Shown here in pieces: positions 1 to 10,081 of a stretch of DNA of 64,000 nt. The translations under genes and the position numbers were made by a program. Origin of the DNA: Candidatus Latescibacterota bacterium (GTDB lineage Bacteria > Latescibacterota > UBA2968); the NCBI GenBank assembly GCA_965207885.1, contig OZ242311.1:5760001-5824000 (forward strand), in the 5' to 3' direction. Each line of letters starts with the position of its first letter. The first letter of the stretch is position 1. The notes under the pieces are model-generated. The model was not told where the DNA came from, did not search any database, and worked only from the letters and a program-made list of their open reading frames with translations.

Positions 1-916
1 TACTTTCAGTCCATATATTCCGGCCACTTCGCTTAAGGGTGCAATACGTTCTCTCGCAGAAATCGTCGGAAATGCGGCTGTGCCGTTTCCAAATGTTTCG
101 GTTGATAGCCAACACGCATTGACACGAGCACGCACCAACAAGGGAGGGCGCTCGCAGGTTGACACTGTAGCCAGAACATTTGGCTATTTGCACGGTGGTA
201 ATGTCTTCGCTGGCTTGATACGCTTTAGTGACGCAGAAATCACTAAAGAACCGCTACCGCCAAACCAATGGCCACAGTACGATGTCGCTGTTGGTCAGCC
301 CAAGCAGAGCCATACTGCGTTTTATCCTGGAAATAATCAACGCAAATTCTATCACCACCGCCCCGGTGCCACACAGCTTACCGCACCACACGCTGGCATT
401 ACACAAACGAGTAGCGTACAACCTGCACCTCCCGGCACACGCTTTAACTTTACGGTGAACTTTGCAAATCTACGTAGCTCTGAACTCAACTTGCTACTCT
501 ACTGTCTGATGCTCGAAGAACAGGTCACTGTCACGCTAAGTCCAGCGGCACTTGGTCGTGATGAAGCGCAAGGACCTGTCATATTAGAGGGACCCATGCG
601 CCACAAAATGGGAGGTGCCAAACCTCATGGTGCTGGTTCGGTTCACATTCGTATCACCAGGATGGAGTTGCGTACAGATGCGATGGCACGCTACCGGGGT
701 AACGATTCTATTGAAACCTATAAAGCAGAAGATCTTACAAATGAATTCGAAAATCGTACCGCATCATTTCGGAATCGCACCGATCAAACGATGCAAGAAT
801 TACGCGCCATGTTGATCTATTCTCTCGAGGATCCCAGACAGCCGATACATTATCCGACCTATGGATGGTTTCGAAATGGGAACAATGCAGGCACGCAGTT
901 AAAGCCTACAATATAG
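1..916 (+). CDS. CRISPR RAMP superfamily protein (Cas7 group, type III, probably III-D), 5' truncated by window edge
   Basis: Frame is open from base 2: PYIPATSLKGAIRSLAE (RAMP N-terminal motif), RKFYHH, and G-rich loop HKMGGAKPHGAGSV; lies next to a CARF gene and a CRISPR array. Confidence 0.85.
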   Translation, partial: TFSPYIPATSLKGAIRSLAEIVGNAAVPFPNVSVDSQHALTRARTNKGGRSQVDTVARTFGYLHGGNVFAGLIRFSDAEITKEPLPPNQWPQYDVAVGQPKQSHTAFYPGNNQRKFYHHRPGATQLTAPHAGITQTSSVQPAPPGTRFNFTVNFANLRSSELNLLLYCLMLEEQVTVTLSPAALGRDEAQGPVILEGPMRHKMGGAKPHGAGSVHIRITRMELRTDAMARYRGNDSIETYKAEDLTNEFENRTASFRNRTDQTMQELRAMLIYSLEDPRQPIHYPTYGWFRNGNNAGTQLKPTI

Positions 917-1015
917 CGGCAGGAATTACTCTTGAAAACAGCCCCAAACCAGTAGGGTGACCCGTGTCATCCCTTGATGATAGACGGCGGAATTGGTTTA
1001 TAGAAAGGTAAGCAT

Positions 1016-2287
1016 ATGAAACTGGCGATGTTAGTGACTGTAGGCGTAGGCAGTACTGTTTCAGATGGGATCGTATTCGCTATTCGGCACAGGCGGCCAG
1101 ATTTTGTGATGTTTCTGACTACGTTGCAAAGTGAAGAACTCACCATTCCCAATCTTCTTGAAACACTCAAGTTAGATCCCGAAGCATATCAATGTCGCCG
1201 TGTAGATGACGAAAATGACGTTGAAAAATGTACGTTGGATTTCATCTCGGTGATCCAAAATCTGAAAAACCGGGGATTTGATTCGGAAGACATTGTAGCG
1301 GATTACACATCGGGTACAAAGGCAATGTCGGCAGGACTTGTGGCCGCTGGTCTTGAGGCCGCCCTTGGAGAACTATCTTATATTGCTGGAGAACGCGATG
1401 AGGGCCGTGTTGTCTCGGGAACGGAACGCGCTATATCGCTTGCACCAAACCGATTGAGAGTACGCCGCATTGTAGAACAGGCCATAACGGAGTTCAACTC
1501 CGTTCGGTTTGATACCTGTCTGGACATGCTGAACCAGATCAAAGAATTGATTCGCCTGCAGAGTGTCAGGCAAGCTGTTAATACATTGCAGGCTCTTGCA
1601 TTGGGATACCGCGCCTGGGATCAATTCGATTACACATTGGCCATGTCCGAACTGGATGGACTGACAGGCAATGCACATCTATCCGAATGGGGATTAAAAA
1701 GAAGGCTGGAACGGCACAAAGGTTTTTTATACCGCGTCAAAAATTTCGATTATGGCGTAGAGCGTGCTACAGACTTGTGGAATAGCGCAGAAAGACGCAA
1801 AGCGGAAGGACGTTTTGATGATGCCGTAGCCCGGCTCTATCGGCTAATTGAATATATCGCACAGGTGCGGCTGTTCCGCAATCACAATGGACTAAAAACA
1901 AGTGATCTGGATATAAGCTTGTTGCCCGAATCCCTGCGTGCTTCGTACAAAGAAAAAGCTGGACGATCTGGAAAAATTGAACTCGGGTTATATGAGAGCT
2001 ATGCGTTGTTAAAAGCTCTCGACAATGATCTGGGCCAGTTCTTCATAGCCAAGTATGATGAAACAGAAGAATTAAAAAAAGTATTAGGGCTGCGAAATCA
2101 GTCGATTCTTGCACACGTATTTGGACCTCTATCTCAAAATGGATGTAAAACGGCCCAGTCTTCTGTACGGTCATTGATGGATCAGGCATTCCGGAACTGG
2201 GAAGACACTGCTCGTGAATCTGCTTTTCCAAAACTGAACACATCTCAAGTGATCCCAAGTCTGAATTTATCAAATGGGTTCGGATAA
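1016..2287 (+). CDS. CARF-HEPN CRISPR ancillary ribonuclease, TIGR02710 family (Csm6/Csx1-like)
   Basis: N-terminal LVTVGVG and DYTSGTKAMSAGL CARF motifs; DDAVARLYRLIE; C-terminal HEPN-like RNQSILAH. Confidence 0.85.
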   Translation: MKLAMLVTVGVGSTVSDGIVFAIRHRRPDFVMFLTTLQSEELTIPNLLETLKLDPEAYQCRRVDDENDVEKCTLDFISVIQNLKNRGFDSEDIVADYTSGTKAMSAGLVAAGLEAALGELSYIAGERDEGRVVSGTERAISLAPNRLRVRRIVEQAITEFNSVRFDTCLDMLNQIKELIRLQSVRQAVNTLQALALGYRAWDQFDYTLAMSELDGLTGNAHLSEWGLKRRLERHKGFLYRVKNFDYGVERATDLWNSAERRKAEGRFDDAVARLYRLIEYIAQVRLFRNHNGLKTSDLDISLLPESLRASYKEKAGRSGKIELGLYESYALLKALDNDLGQFFIAKYDETEELKKVLGLRNQSILAHVFGPLSQNGCKTAQSSVRSLMDQAFRNWEDTARESAFPKLNTSQVIPSLNLSNGFG

Positions 2288-2301
2288 TTTGTAAAAAGAT
2301 G

Positions 2302-2328
2302 ATCAGGATGTATTACCCGGCATTGTGG
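2302..2328 (+). repeat. Orphan degenerate CRISPR repeat just after the CARF gene stop
   Basis: ATCAGGATGTATTACCCGGCATTGTGG aligns with the repeat 5' part ATCAGGAAGAATTACCCGCTTATTGGGG. Confidence 0.6.
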
Positions 2329-2641
2329 CCGATCTCAACGACTGGATAGAGGGAGGTTAAAAGAGACTTCATAGTTTAATTCAAGCCAGTGGATGCGACC
2401 CAGAGACGTTTATCAATGTCATGCTGGCAGTTTGAGCGTGTAGCGAACAACGTGCGTGAGGATTACAGGCATTTCCTCATGTGCTGGTGGGTCGCAAATT
2501 TCTAACCTTTTGCAGGAGTGTGTATTATGAACAGAGCCGTGAATGCAATTTTTCATTTTTGGGAGGATTTTGTATGTCAAAATGGCCTGAGTCGCAAACC
2601 GCCTTGTAATTGCTTGCGAGACAGGAAATAACGCAGACGGT
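2329..2641 (+). promoter_or_regulatory. Probable CRISPR leader
   Basis: Non-coding ~310 bp immediately before the first canonical repeat; repeats end in ATTGAAAC and degenerate toward the far end, implying + strand transcription from this side. Confidence 0.7.
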
Positions 2642-4496
2642 ATCAGGAAGAATTACCCGCTTATTGGGGTATTGAAACTTTGGCACTTCGCCAGCACATC
2701 GCTACCATTGCGTTGGGATCAGGAAGAATTACCCGCTTATTGGGGTATTGAAACAAAAAGAGTGGACGGTATTTTGGAACGAATCGGTGCCAGTCAATCA
2801 GGAAGAATTACCCGCTTATTGGGGTATTGAAACTCTGCTATAGCGGTGAAATGAGGGGACGGCAGGGAGGGATATCAGGAAGAATTACCCGCTTATTGGG
2901 GTATTGAAACCGCGTCCAATCAAAAGATCGGACGCCGCAAAATATAGTTAATCAGGAAGAATTACCCGCTTATTGGGGTATTGAAACCTGAGCAGATCGA
3001 TACCAACATACGCGAACTTGAAGGCGCATCAGGAAGAATTACCCGCTTATTGGGGTATTGAAACTTGGACGAGCCTGTTTTGGCTCCAAATGTTACCACC
3101 ATCAGGAAGAATTACCCGCTTATTGGGGTATTGAAACCGGTTGATCTCGTAGATGAGGTTGGTAAGTTCTACCCAATCAGGAAGAATTACCCGCTTATTG
3201 GGGTATTGAAACGTGAAAATTAACTGCCGTTTCTGCTTTCGCTTTTTCAAGACAATCAGGAAGAATTACCCGCTTATTGGGGTATTGAAACCTGGGTATG
3301 CACATCCGACCAGATGATCGGCACTGGGCCTGATCAGGAAGAATTACCCGCTTATTGGGGTATTGAAACTTGCCGCTGCCGTCGGGGTCAATCGCGTTCA
3401 GGGCGATCAGGAAGAATTACCCGCTTATTGGGGTATTGAAACGGTTGCTGCCTGTCCCAGAATCGCCTGGATTGCCGTGCGAATCAGGAAGAATTACCCG
3501 CTTATTGGGGTATTGAAACCAGGTACATGCGCCCGCGCTAAACAAGTTTTCAGCAGATCAGGAAGAATTACCCGCTTATTGGGGTATTGAAACCTGCCTC
3601 GAACTCTGCCATTTTTTCTTCTGAGATTTTTATATCAGGAAGAATTACCCGCTTATTGGGGTATTGAAACTCCTCGTCATCATCCCCAATCCCTGGGGAT
3701 ATTGATGCTATCAGGAAGAATTACCCGCTTATTGGGGTATTGAAACTTTCTCCATCGCCCTGCCACGTAAAATTCGTGTGTTCAAAAATCAGGAAGAATT
3801 ACCCGCTTATTGGGGTATTGAAACTTTTACAGTTTTTGCTACAGCCTGAAATTCTGCCATTATCAGGAAGAATTACCCGCTTATTGGGGTATTGAAACCA
3901 GTCGATGATGGCATAGCGATCCAACGTCGCGGCGTATCAGGAAGAATTACCCGCTTATTGGGGTATTGAAACCTCAATATGATAAATTATGTTGGCCGCA
4001 TCCCAGTATCAGGAAGAATTACCCGCTTATTGGGGTATTGAAACTTGCATAATTGTCCGATCGGGATTTATATTTTTGGATATATCAGGAAGAATTACCC
4101 GCTTATTGGGGTATTGAAACGGTTATCTTTGTGTCTGGTTGATTTTGGCAAATGCTAATCAGGAAGAATTACCCGCTTATTGGGGTATTGAAACTTTTTT
4201 GAGGGCGGGACTTGCTCCGACCGCACAAAGAAATCAGGAAGAATTACCCGCTTATTGGGGTATTGAAACTATCGAAGGATTTGCGCTTAAACATTTCCTT
4301 TCGGGCTTATCAGGAAGAATTACCCGCTTATTGGGGTATTGAAACCGGGGTTGTCTGATTTATGAGGACTGAATTTGTTGTTATCAGGAAGAATTACCCG
4401 CTTATTGGGGTATTGAAACAGATTCTGCTTCTGGGTCATCTTCGAGGTGTTTTTGGGCAATCAGGAAGAATTACCCGCTTATTGGGGTATTGAAAC
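2642..4496 (+). CRISPR. CRISPR array segment 1: 25 identical 37-bp repeats with ~35-42 bp spacers
   Basis: Repeat ATCAGGAAGAATTACCCGCTTATTGGGGTATTGAAAC from 2642 to 4460-4496; TACCC/GGGTA hairpin and ATTGAAAC handle typical of Cas6-processed arrays. Confidence 0.99.
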
Positions 4497-4501
4497 GAGA
4501 A

Positions 4502-6898
4502 GTAGGGTAGGCTGCTGGCGAGTTACCCAAAGGCACTTTTCCATCAGCCCCCCTCCGAACCGGACGTGATAGTTTCCCATCATCCGGCTCTCCAGTAACT
4601 TTCACCGTTTTGAGGTCGGCCCGCCTCGATGGATGTTGATATGACAGCTTTTACAGACGACAAGTGTTTTTCTGCGTCTTGCTGCCATTTTATGTTTCCA
4701 TCTTGGCTTTTTCTTCCTTCCCGGCTTGTCCACATCCGTTAGTTTGCGTATGTGGTGAACTTCTACTTCTTGCCGAGAACCACATAATTCACATTCTGAT
4801 GCCGTTAAGCGTTGTATTAGCTCGCTACGACTCCAGTATGGTTTTATGTCTTTCAGGCCGTCCTTGATTACCGCGTTCTCTGTGTTGCGTATTAAGGGAA
4901 CCCCTCCAAAGTATGCGATTAGGGGCTTTTTACCTTCTCTTTCTACGGTTACTTGTATGCATTTTCGTGGGCCTCTTGGGGTAATTACTTTACCCTTATA
5001 TTTCCTTGCCGTTTTTCTCACTTGCGATTTGTGTTTATTCGCAAGTGTCTTTAGCAGGGACGTTTGTATGACCCATTCCAATTTGCTCAGTCTCCGTATG
5101 TTGTTTGCGAGTTGGTAGTATTGCACAAAGCCTCTATATTCCCTTTGATAGCGGGATATGATGTCAAAGTCGCTGTCCTGTAACAATTGTGGTCGCGCCT
5201 CTGGCTTCCCGTTTCTCATATAGGTATTGCATCTCGCATCACTTACATCTTTGGGGATGTATAAGCCGAGTCTTCCATTAATGGCCCTTTTCTTAATGTA
5301 GCTGTCCATTTGTGTGTTACTGAAATATCCCTTGATTTCGTATCCTAAAAATCTGGCTCTTTCGGTGGTTACGTGGGTTATTAGGGTCTTTTCTTCTGAA
5401 AGTTCGAGCTTCATATCTTGCAGGAATTTCTTTAGAATTGACTTAATTCCCCTTGCTTCCATTTTGGAGCCTACTAATCCTATTAGGAAGTCGTCAGCGT
5501 ATCTTATGTAGTATATTCTTTTGAAATCGGGGTCGTCTTGGAGTGAGCAGGGTATTTTCTGCATCTTCTGTCTATACTCCTTTGCTTCTTCAAATCGACC
5601 TTTCTTTTTCAGGTGATATACTTTGTTAATCAGATACCTGTATTCAGGGTTTTTCTTTCGGCTTTTTCCTTTTGTGAATAGAGATTTGAGGGTGTTTTCA
5701 ACAAATTTATCCAGTCTATCGAGGTAGATATTTGAGAGTATCGGGCTTACGATTCCCCCTTGTGGCGTTCCGCTCAAGGTGGGTGTGTAATTCCAATTCT
5801 CCATATATCCTGCTTTGAGTAGATTGGATATTAACCGCAGAAATCGGTTGTCTCGGATTTTCTCTCGGAGTATTGATAGTAAGATTTGGTGGTCTATATT
5901 ATCGAAGCACCCCTTAATATCTCCTTCGACAAACCATTTCGTTCCGTTCCACTTTTTGACTGCTTGTAATGCCGTGTGACAGCCTTTATTTGGTCGGAAC
6001 CCGTGAGACAAGCTGCTAAATTGCGGTTCATAATACGCTTCTAATATGGAGCGTATTACTTCCTGCACAAGTTTGTCTGTCCACGTAGGAATGCCTAACG
6101 GTCGCATTTTACCGTTTTTCTTTGGTATATGTGTCCGTCTCACTGGAGTCCATCTGAAGCGTTCATAGCGTATTTGTTCTATGATTGCTTTAATTTTCTT
6201 CAGTGACATTCCATCAACGGTTTCTTCCGTTATACCTTTGGTCATTGCGCCTTTGTTGCGTTGAATGCGACTGTAGGCCCGCAGGTATAGATCGGGGTTG
6301 AACATTTGTCGATAAACGTCTTCAATGGGTAATCCTCTTAAACCTCGATTTCGGATGATACCTAATACTGTTTCGGCGTCTCGCATCTCGCGTGCCTCCT
6401 GTATTATTGTATCCAGTTACCTGTTTTCCTTCGCCTTGTGGACGGCTTTCCCGTCCTCTGACTACTATGAAAACTCCGTTACCATAGGACTCGCGTCCCG
6501 TAGGCAATCCCGTGTTTTTCTGTTGTGGTCTGTATTAGTGTGGGTTAGGTAGTCCACTCATTCCTTAAATGAGCTACATTGCTCATCGTTGGCAGTTCCA
6601 AAGGTTATGGGAAAGCATTGGTTAATTTCCCATAAAACTGATACCGGTATCGGACGACTTTCCGGTAGGGCGAAGCGACCGTCCTTCTGGAATTGGACTT
6701 CGGGCAGTTTAGCTCTTACCATACCACACAGGTCTTGCGGAGCAAATGTTTTTGTCGCCTTCTCTACATTCTCCGCTTTACGAATATGCTATTTTCCCTT
6801 TCGCCTTTCGGTTCCGGTTGATTCGTTGACCTATGGACGTTCCTTTGAGTCCATCCTGATTTAGTCAGGAATACCACATCAGACGCTACACGGCGCAC
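4502..6898 (-). mobile_element. Complete group II intron (IIA, LtrB/ML-like) inserted inside a CRISPR spacer
   Basis: Minus strand starts GTGCG at 6898; domain V GAGAGCCGGATGATGGGAAACTATCACGTCCGGTTCGGAGGGG near 4550-4592; ends ...CCTACCCTAC at 4502; removing it restores a 38-nt spacer. Confidence 0.93.
4602..6386 (-). CDS. ltrA: Group II intron reverse transcriptase/maturase with C-terminal HNH endonuclease
   Basis: RPLGIPTWTDKLVQ, GTPQGGIVSPILSNIYL, YIRYADDF, maturase X domain, CELCG...EVHHIRKL...VCKSCHINIH. Confidence 0.95.
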   Translation of the reverse strand: MRDAETVLGIIRNRGLRGLPIEDVYRQMFNPDLYLRAYSRIQRNKGAMTKGITEETVDGMSLKKIKAIIEQIRYERFRWTPVRRTHIPKKNGKMRPLGIPTWTDKLVQEVIRSILEAYYEPQFSSLSHGFRPNKGCHTALQAVKKWNGTKWFVEGDIKGCFDNIDHQILLSILREKIRDNRFLRLISNLLKAGYMENWNYTPTLSGTPQGGIVSPILSNIYLDRLDKFVENTLKSLFTKGKSRKKNPEYRYLINKVYHLKKKGRFEEAKEYRQKMQKIPCSLQDDPDFKRIYYIRYADDFLIGLVGSKMEARGIKSILKKFLQDMKLELSEEKTLITHVTTERARFLGYEIKGYFSNTQMDSYIKKRAINGRLGLYIPKDVSDARCNTYMRNGKPEARPQLLQDSDFDIISRYQREYRGFVQYYQLANNIRRLSKLEWVIQTSLLKTLANKHKSQVRKTARKYKGKVITPRGPRKCIQVTVEREGKKPLIAYFGGVPLIRNTENAVIKDGLKDIKPYWSRSELIQRLTASECELCGSRQEVEVHHIRKLTDVDKPGRKKKPRWKHKMAARRRKTLVVCKSCHINIHRGGPTSKR

Positions 6899-6931
6899 CT
6901 AATGAGGCTTTGGGTAGATCGTTCACACCCA

Positions 6932-7554
6932 ATCAGGAAGAATTACCCGCTTATTGGGGTATTGAAACTTCGATGCGGGAGCGACCAGCGGCTTGAATCT
7001 TAACAACTGATCAGGAAGAATTACCCGCTTATTGGGGTATTGAAACTATTGCGAGAGAAGATGTTCGCAGATCGAAAGATCCATCAGGAAGAATTACCCG
7101 CTTATTGGGGTATTGAAACTCGAGCTTGACGATGCGCTCTTCGTGGTTGGCGAGACGATCAGGAAGAATTACCCGCTTATTGGGGTATTGAAACGCGTCA
7201 AGGTCTCTGCGTATCTGGTCGAAATTGTCCTCGGATCAGGAAGAATTACCCGCTTATTGGGGTATTGAAACAAATATACTGCACACCACAAGCAGAGCAT
7301 CTCAAAAGTGCATCAGGAAGAATTACCCGCTTATTGGGGTATTGAAACCCGCGGACAGCGAGCGCAAAATCGTCGCAGTCGCTTCTGATCAGGAAGGATT
7401 ACCCGCTTACTGGGGTATTGAAACAATAGCTTGCGGATACACACAGCAAACTCGTTGTAATCATCAGGAAGGATTACCCGCTTACTGGGGTATTGAAACG
7501 AAACTGTCTTACTTTTTTACTTCGGGAATGATTTTGGGATCAGGAAAGATTACC
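6932..7554 (+). CRISPR. CRISPR array segment 2: 8 full repeats (last two variant) plus a truncated repeat at 7539
   Basis: Repeats at 6932, 7010, 7083, 7158, 7235, 7312, 7388, 7463; ATCAGGAAAGATTACC fragment at 7539-7554. Confidence 0.97.
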
Positions 7555-7588
7555 TGTTTACAAAAAGAAAAAGGAGAGGAAACAAGTG

Positions 7589-7809
7589 ATGCCACTAATC
7601 GCGATGTCAGGAAGTGATGCCCTGCTCTTTCTCCTATTCTGGTTCCTGGGATGGTTCGCCTCGCCATTGGGGTGGGCCTTATATACCTCACGCTCAAAGT
7701 GCTACGCAGAATCTCTGAAAAAATAGACAGTCGTCGTGTTAAGGAAACTTCTGCTGACCTTTTGGAGGCACTGGCCGCCAAACTCAAAGAGGACAAAAAA
7801 CAACGATAG
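7589..7809 (+). pseudogene. Small membrane protein, apparently frameshifted (or a 52-aa ORF from 7651)
   Basis: RBS GGAGAGG plus ATG at 7589 gives MPLIAMSGSDALLFLL; a shifted frame continues ILVPGMVRLAIGVGLIYLTLKVLRR...KKQR* to 7809. Confidence 0.4.
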
Positions 7810-7932
7810 TATGCAGTGTAAAATTGAAATACAGAAAGGAATCTCCTTTTAGTAGTTATTTCCCAGAGTATTCAACTGCTTAGACACTCAGACACCTTCA
7901 TTGTCCGAACTCTATCCGATAAGGGTAATATC

Positions 7933-10062
7933 ATGAATAAAATAGTCTCAAGAATCTCCAGATACTTCAGAAGATGGTATGATGAAATCAAGTTGCAGCA
8001 AGTCCTTAAAGAATGCTGTCACGTAGCGCGCGAAGGATACCGGATTGCAAGTGCCAACCTTGATGAAATCAAGATCACTATAGACGGAGAAGTTTCGAAA
8101 TTGAAATCACACCTGGCAACTTTGAATAATGAGAATATCCAAACAGACCACATTGAACAACAGATACAAAAACAACTACAACAAGTGGTGTCAGAACTCG
8201 GCTCTTTGCACAAAAGCCAAGTGCGCCTTCTGGAAGAGAAACACTCACAAATGGACAAATTTTCAATTGCCCTCTTTGGTCGCACACTGGCTGGTAAATC
8301 AACATTGATGGAAATTTTGACCAAAGGCGATGGTTCATCCATCGGAAAGGGAAACCAACGCAATACCCGAGATGTGCGTAGCTACGACTGGAAAGGACTT
8401 AAAATCACTGATGTCCCCGGCGTAGCTGCATCTGACGATGAAGGCCGTGAGGACGAAGAAAAAGCATTCGAGGCGGCTGTGCAGTCGGACCTGGTGCTTT
8501 TCCTCATCACCAACGATGCGCCCCAGGACTCAGAAGCAAGGTGCCTCGCACGCGTGCGATCACAAGGCAAGTCGATTCTGGGTATCTTGAATTTTAAAGA
8601 GGGTCTCAACAATGAGGACGATATACGAATTTTCTTGCGAGATAACTGGTTCAAAAATGATCGGCAGGATATCCACGACATCGTTCAACAGTTCCACGAA
8701 TCTGTGAACAAATATAGCCCGGGGAATCGGATCAGGTTCCTTTATACCCATTTGCTATCGAGATTCCTATCTCAACAGCCGCAGTACAAATCGCACCAGA
8801 ATAATTTGGAACGCGCAAGCCGCTTCGACTATGTCGAACAGCAAATTATATCGGAGGTAATTAACCGGGGAAGATTCCTGAAATGGAAGAGCTTTATCGA
8901 CATTTCCGTAGTTCCAATGCTTGAATTTAGCGATAAATTATTGGAGTTTAGTGCCCAGAACTCATCCAGTGGTAGAATTTTCCTTGGCAAAAGGGACCAG
9001 ACCCAATCATGGTCTGATGGATTTAGCAAAAGTGGCAAAGAACGCATTGATACGTTTATAAAAAAAGAAATGAACTTGCTGCGTGATGAAATTCCGGGAT
9101 TTGCGGAGACCTATTATGACCGATCTAATGCTGGCGATCGCTGGAACCGCTTAGTCAAAAAGCAAGGCATAGAGCGGAAAGCAAAAAAACTTGCTGAACA
9201 GATCCAGAATGAATGTAAATCTGAACTGTCAGAGATTGCACGACAACTTAAATTTGCACTGAATTCCGTCGGTAAATTTGCTGATGATCGCAAAATTAGC
9301 ATGGATTCTATATTCGATACAAAACGCGCCTGGAATTGGGGGACTACAATTCTTTCGGGTGGTCTTGGTATTGCTGCTCTCATTCTTGGTAGCGGTCCTA
9401 TCGGCTGGGTTGCGGCAGCAGTTGCGGGATTAGGGCGCTTGATATCATGGCTTTTAGGTGACCGCGAAAAAAAAGCGAGAAAGCAACGCAAAAAACTCGA
9501 AAAGATGCTCAATAGCGAAGTCAACAAGATAGAAAGTAATATTCGAAAACAGCTCAATGATTGGTTTCAGGGTGTACTGAAAAATCAAGTCGCTGTCCTT
9601 ATCAAAGACCTCTCTACTACCACATCGAATCTCTTCAAGCTGGCAGATGTACAAAGAACTCTGGCCTGGGCACTCAACAAAGGACAGAAACGTCTCCACC
9701 GCGATCTACTCAATGAAGCACTCGATCAACTTGGACAAAAAGATAAAGGGAACCTCATATTAGATATAGCGCGAGTACCAGGACTGGCAATTATGTTATT
9801 GATAGAGCCTAAAACTACATTTCCAAAGGACGTACGCAGGAATTTAGAAAAAATACTTGGAGAAAAGGTTTGGTTCGTAGTCAATACCCGTAACAAAACC
9901 TCAATTCTGGCGCAGGCTATTGGGCACGACTGTGATCGAAGCAAAGTTCGTATCAAATCAAAAATTCAAGTTGCCCATGTTCCGGTAGGAGACCTTAATG
10001 CAGTTGGTATTTCTCGAATCAGACTAGCGCAACAACTGACCGAACTCCATGTGATGAAGTAA
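7933..10062 (+). CDS. Dynamin-like GTPase, LeoBC-like (Eleos defence system)
   Basis: N-terminal coiled coil, P-loop FGRTLAGKST, TRDVRSY, ITDVPG, hydrophobic paddle GGLGIAALILGSGPIGW; paired with a LeoA-like gene. Confidence 0.75.
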   Translation: MNKIVSRISRYFRRWYDEIKLQQVLKECCHVAREGYRIASANLDEIKITIDGEVSKLKSHLATLNNENIQTDHIEQQIQKQLQQVVSELGSLHKSQVRLLEEKHSQMDKFSIALFGRTLAGKSTLMEILTKGDGSSIGKGNQRNTRDVRSYDWKGLKITDVPGVAASDDEGREDEEKAFEAAVQSDLVLFLITNDAPQDSEARCLARVRSQGKSILGILNFKEGLNNEDDIRIFLRDNWFKNDRQDIHDIVQQFHESVNKYSPGNRIRFLYTHLLSRFLSQQPQYKSHQNNLERASRFDYVEQQIISEVINRGRFLKWKSFIDISVVPMLEFSDKLLEFSAQNSSSGRIFLGKRDQTQSWSDGFSKSGKERIDTFIKKEMNLLRDEIPGFAETYYDRSNAGDRWNRLVKKQGIERKAKKLAEQIQNECKSELSEIARQLKFALNSVGKFADDRKISMDSIFDTKRAWNWGTTILSGGLGIAALILGSGPIGWVAAAVAGLGRLISWLLGDREKKARKQRKKLEKMLNSEVNKIESNIRKQLNDWFQGVLKNQVAVLIKDLSTTTSNLFKLADVQRTLAWALNKGQKRLHRDLLNEALDQLGQKDKGNLILDIARVPGLAIMLLIEPKTTFPKDVRRNLEKILGEKVWFVVNTRNKTSILAQAIGHDCDRSKVRIKSKIQVAHVPVGDLNAVGISRIRLAQQLTELHVMK

Positions 10063-10081
10063 CTCAGAAAGGAATCATTTA

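Noticed and set aside
919-940. CAGGAATTACTCTTGAAAAC after the RAMP stop as another repeat relic
   Set aside because: The match is too short and gapped to distinguish from chance
3047-4342. Short ORFs containing QEELPAYWGIET
   Set aside because: They are translations of CRISPR repeats (also at 7225-7617 and 11895-12198), not genes
4602-6386. RT as retron, DGR or RT-Cas1
   Set aside because: It has YADD, maturase and HNH domains, and flanking group II domain V/VI and GTGCG ends; there is no Cas1 fusion or template repeat
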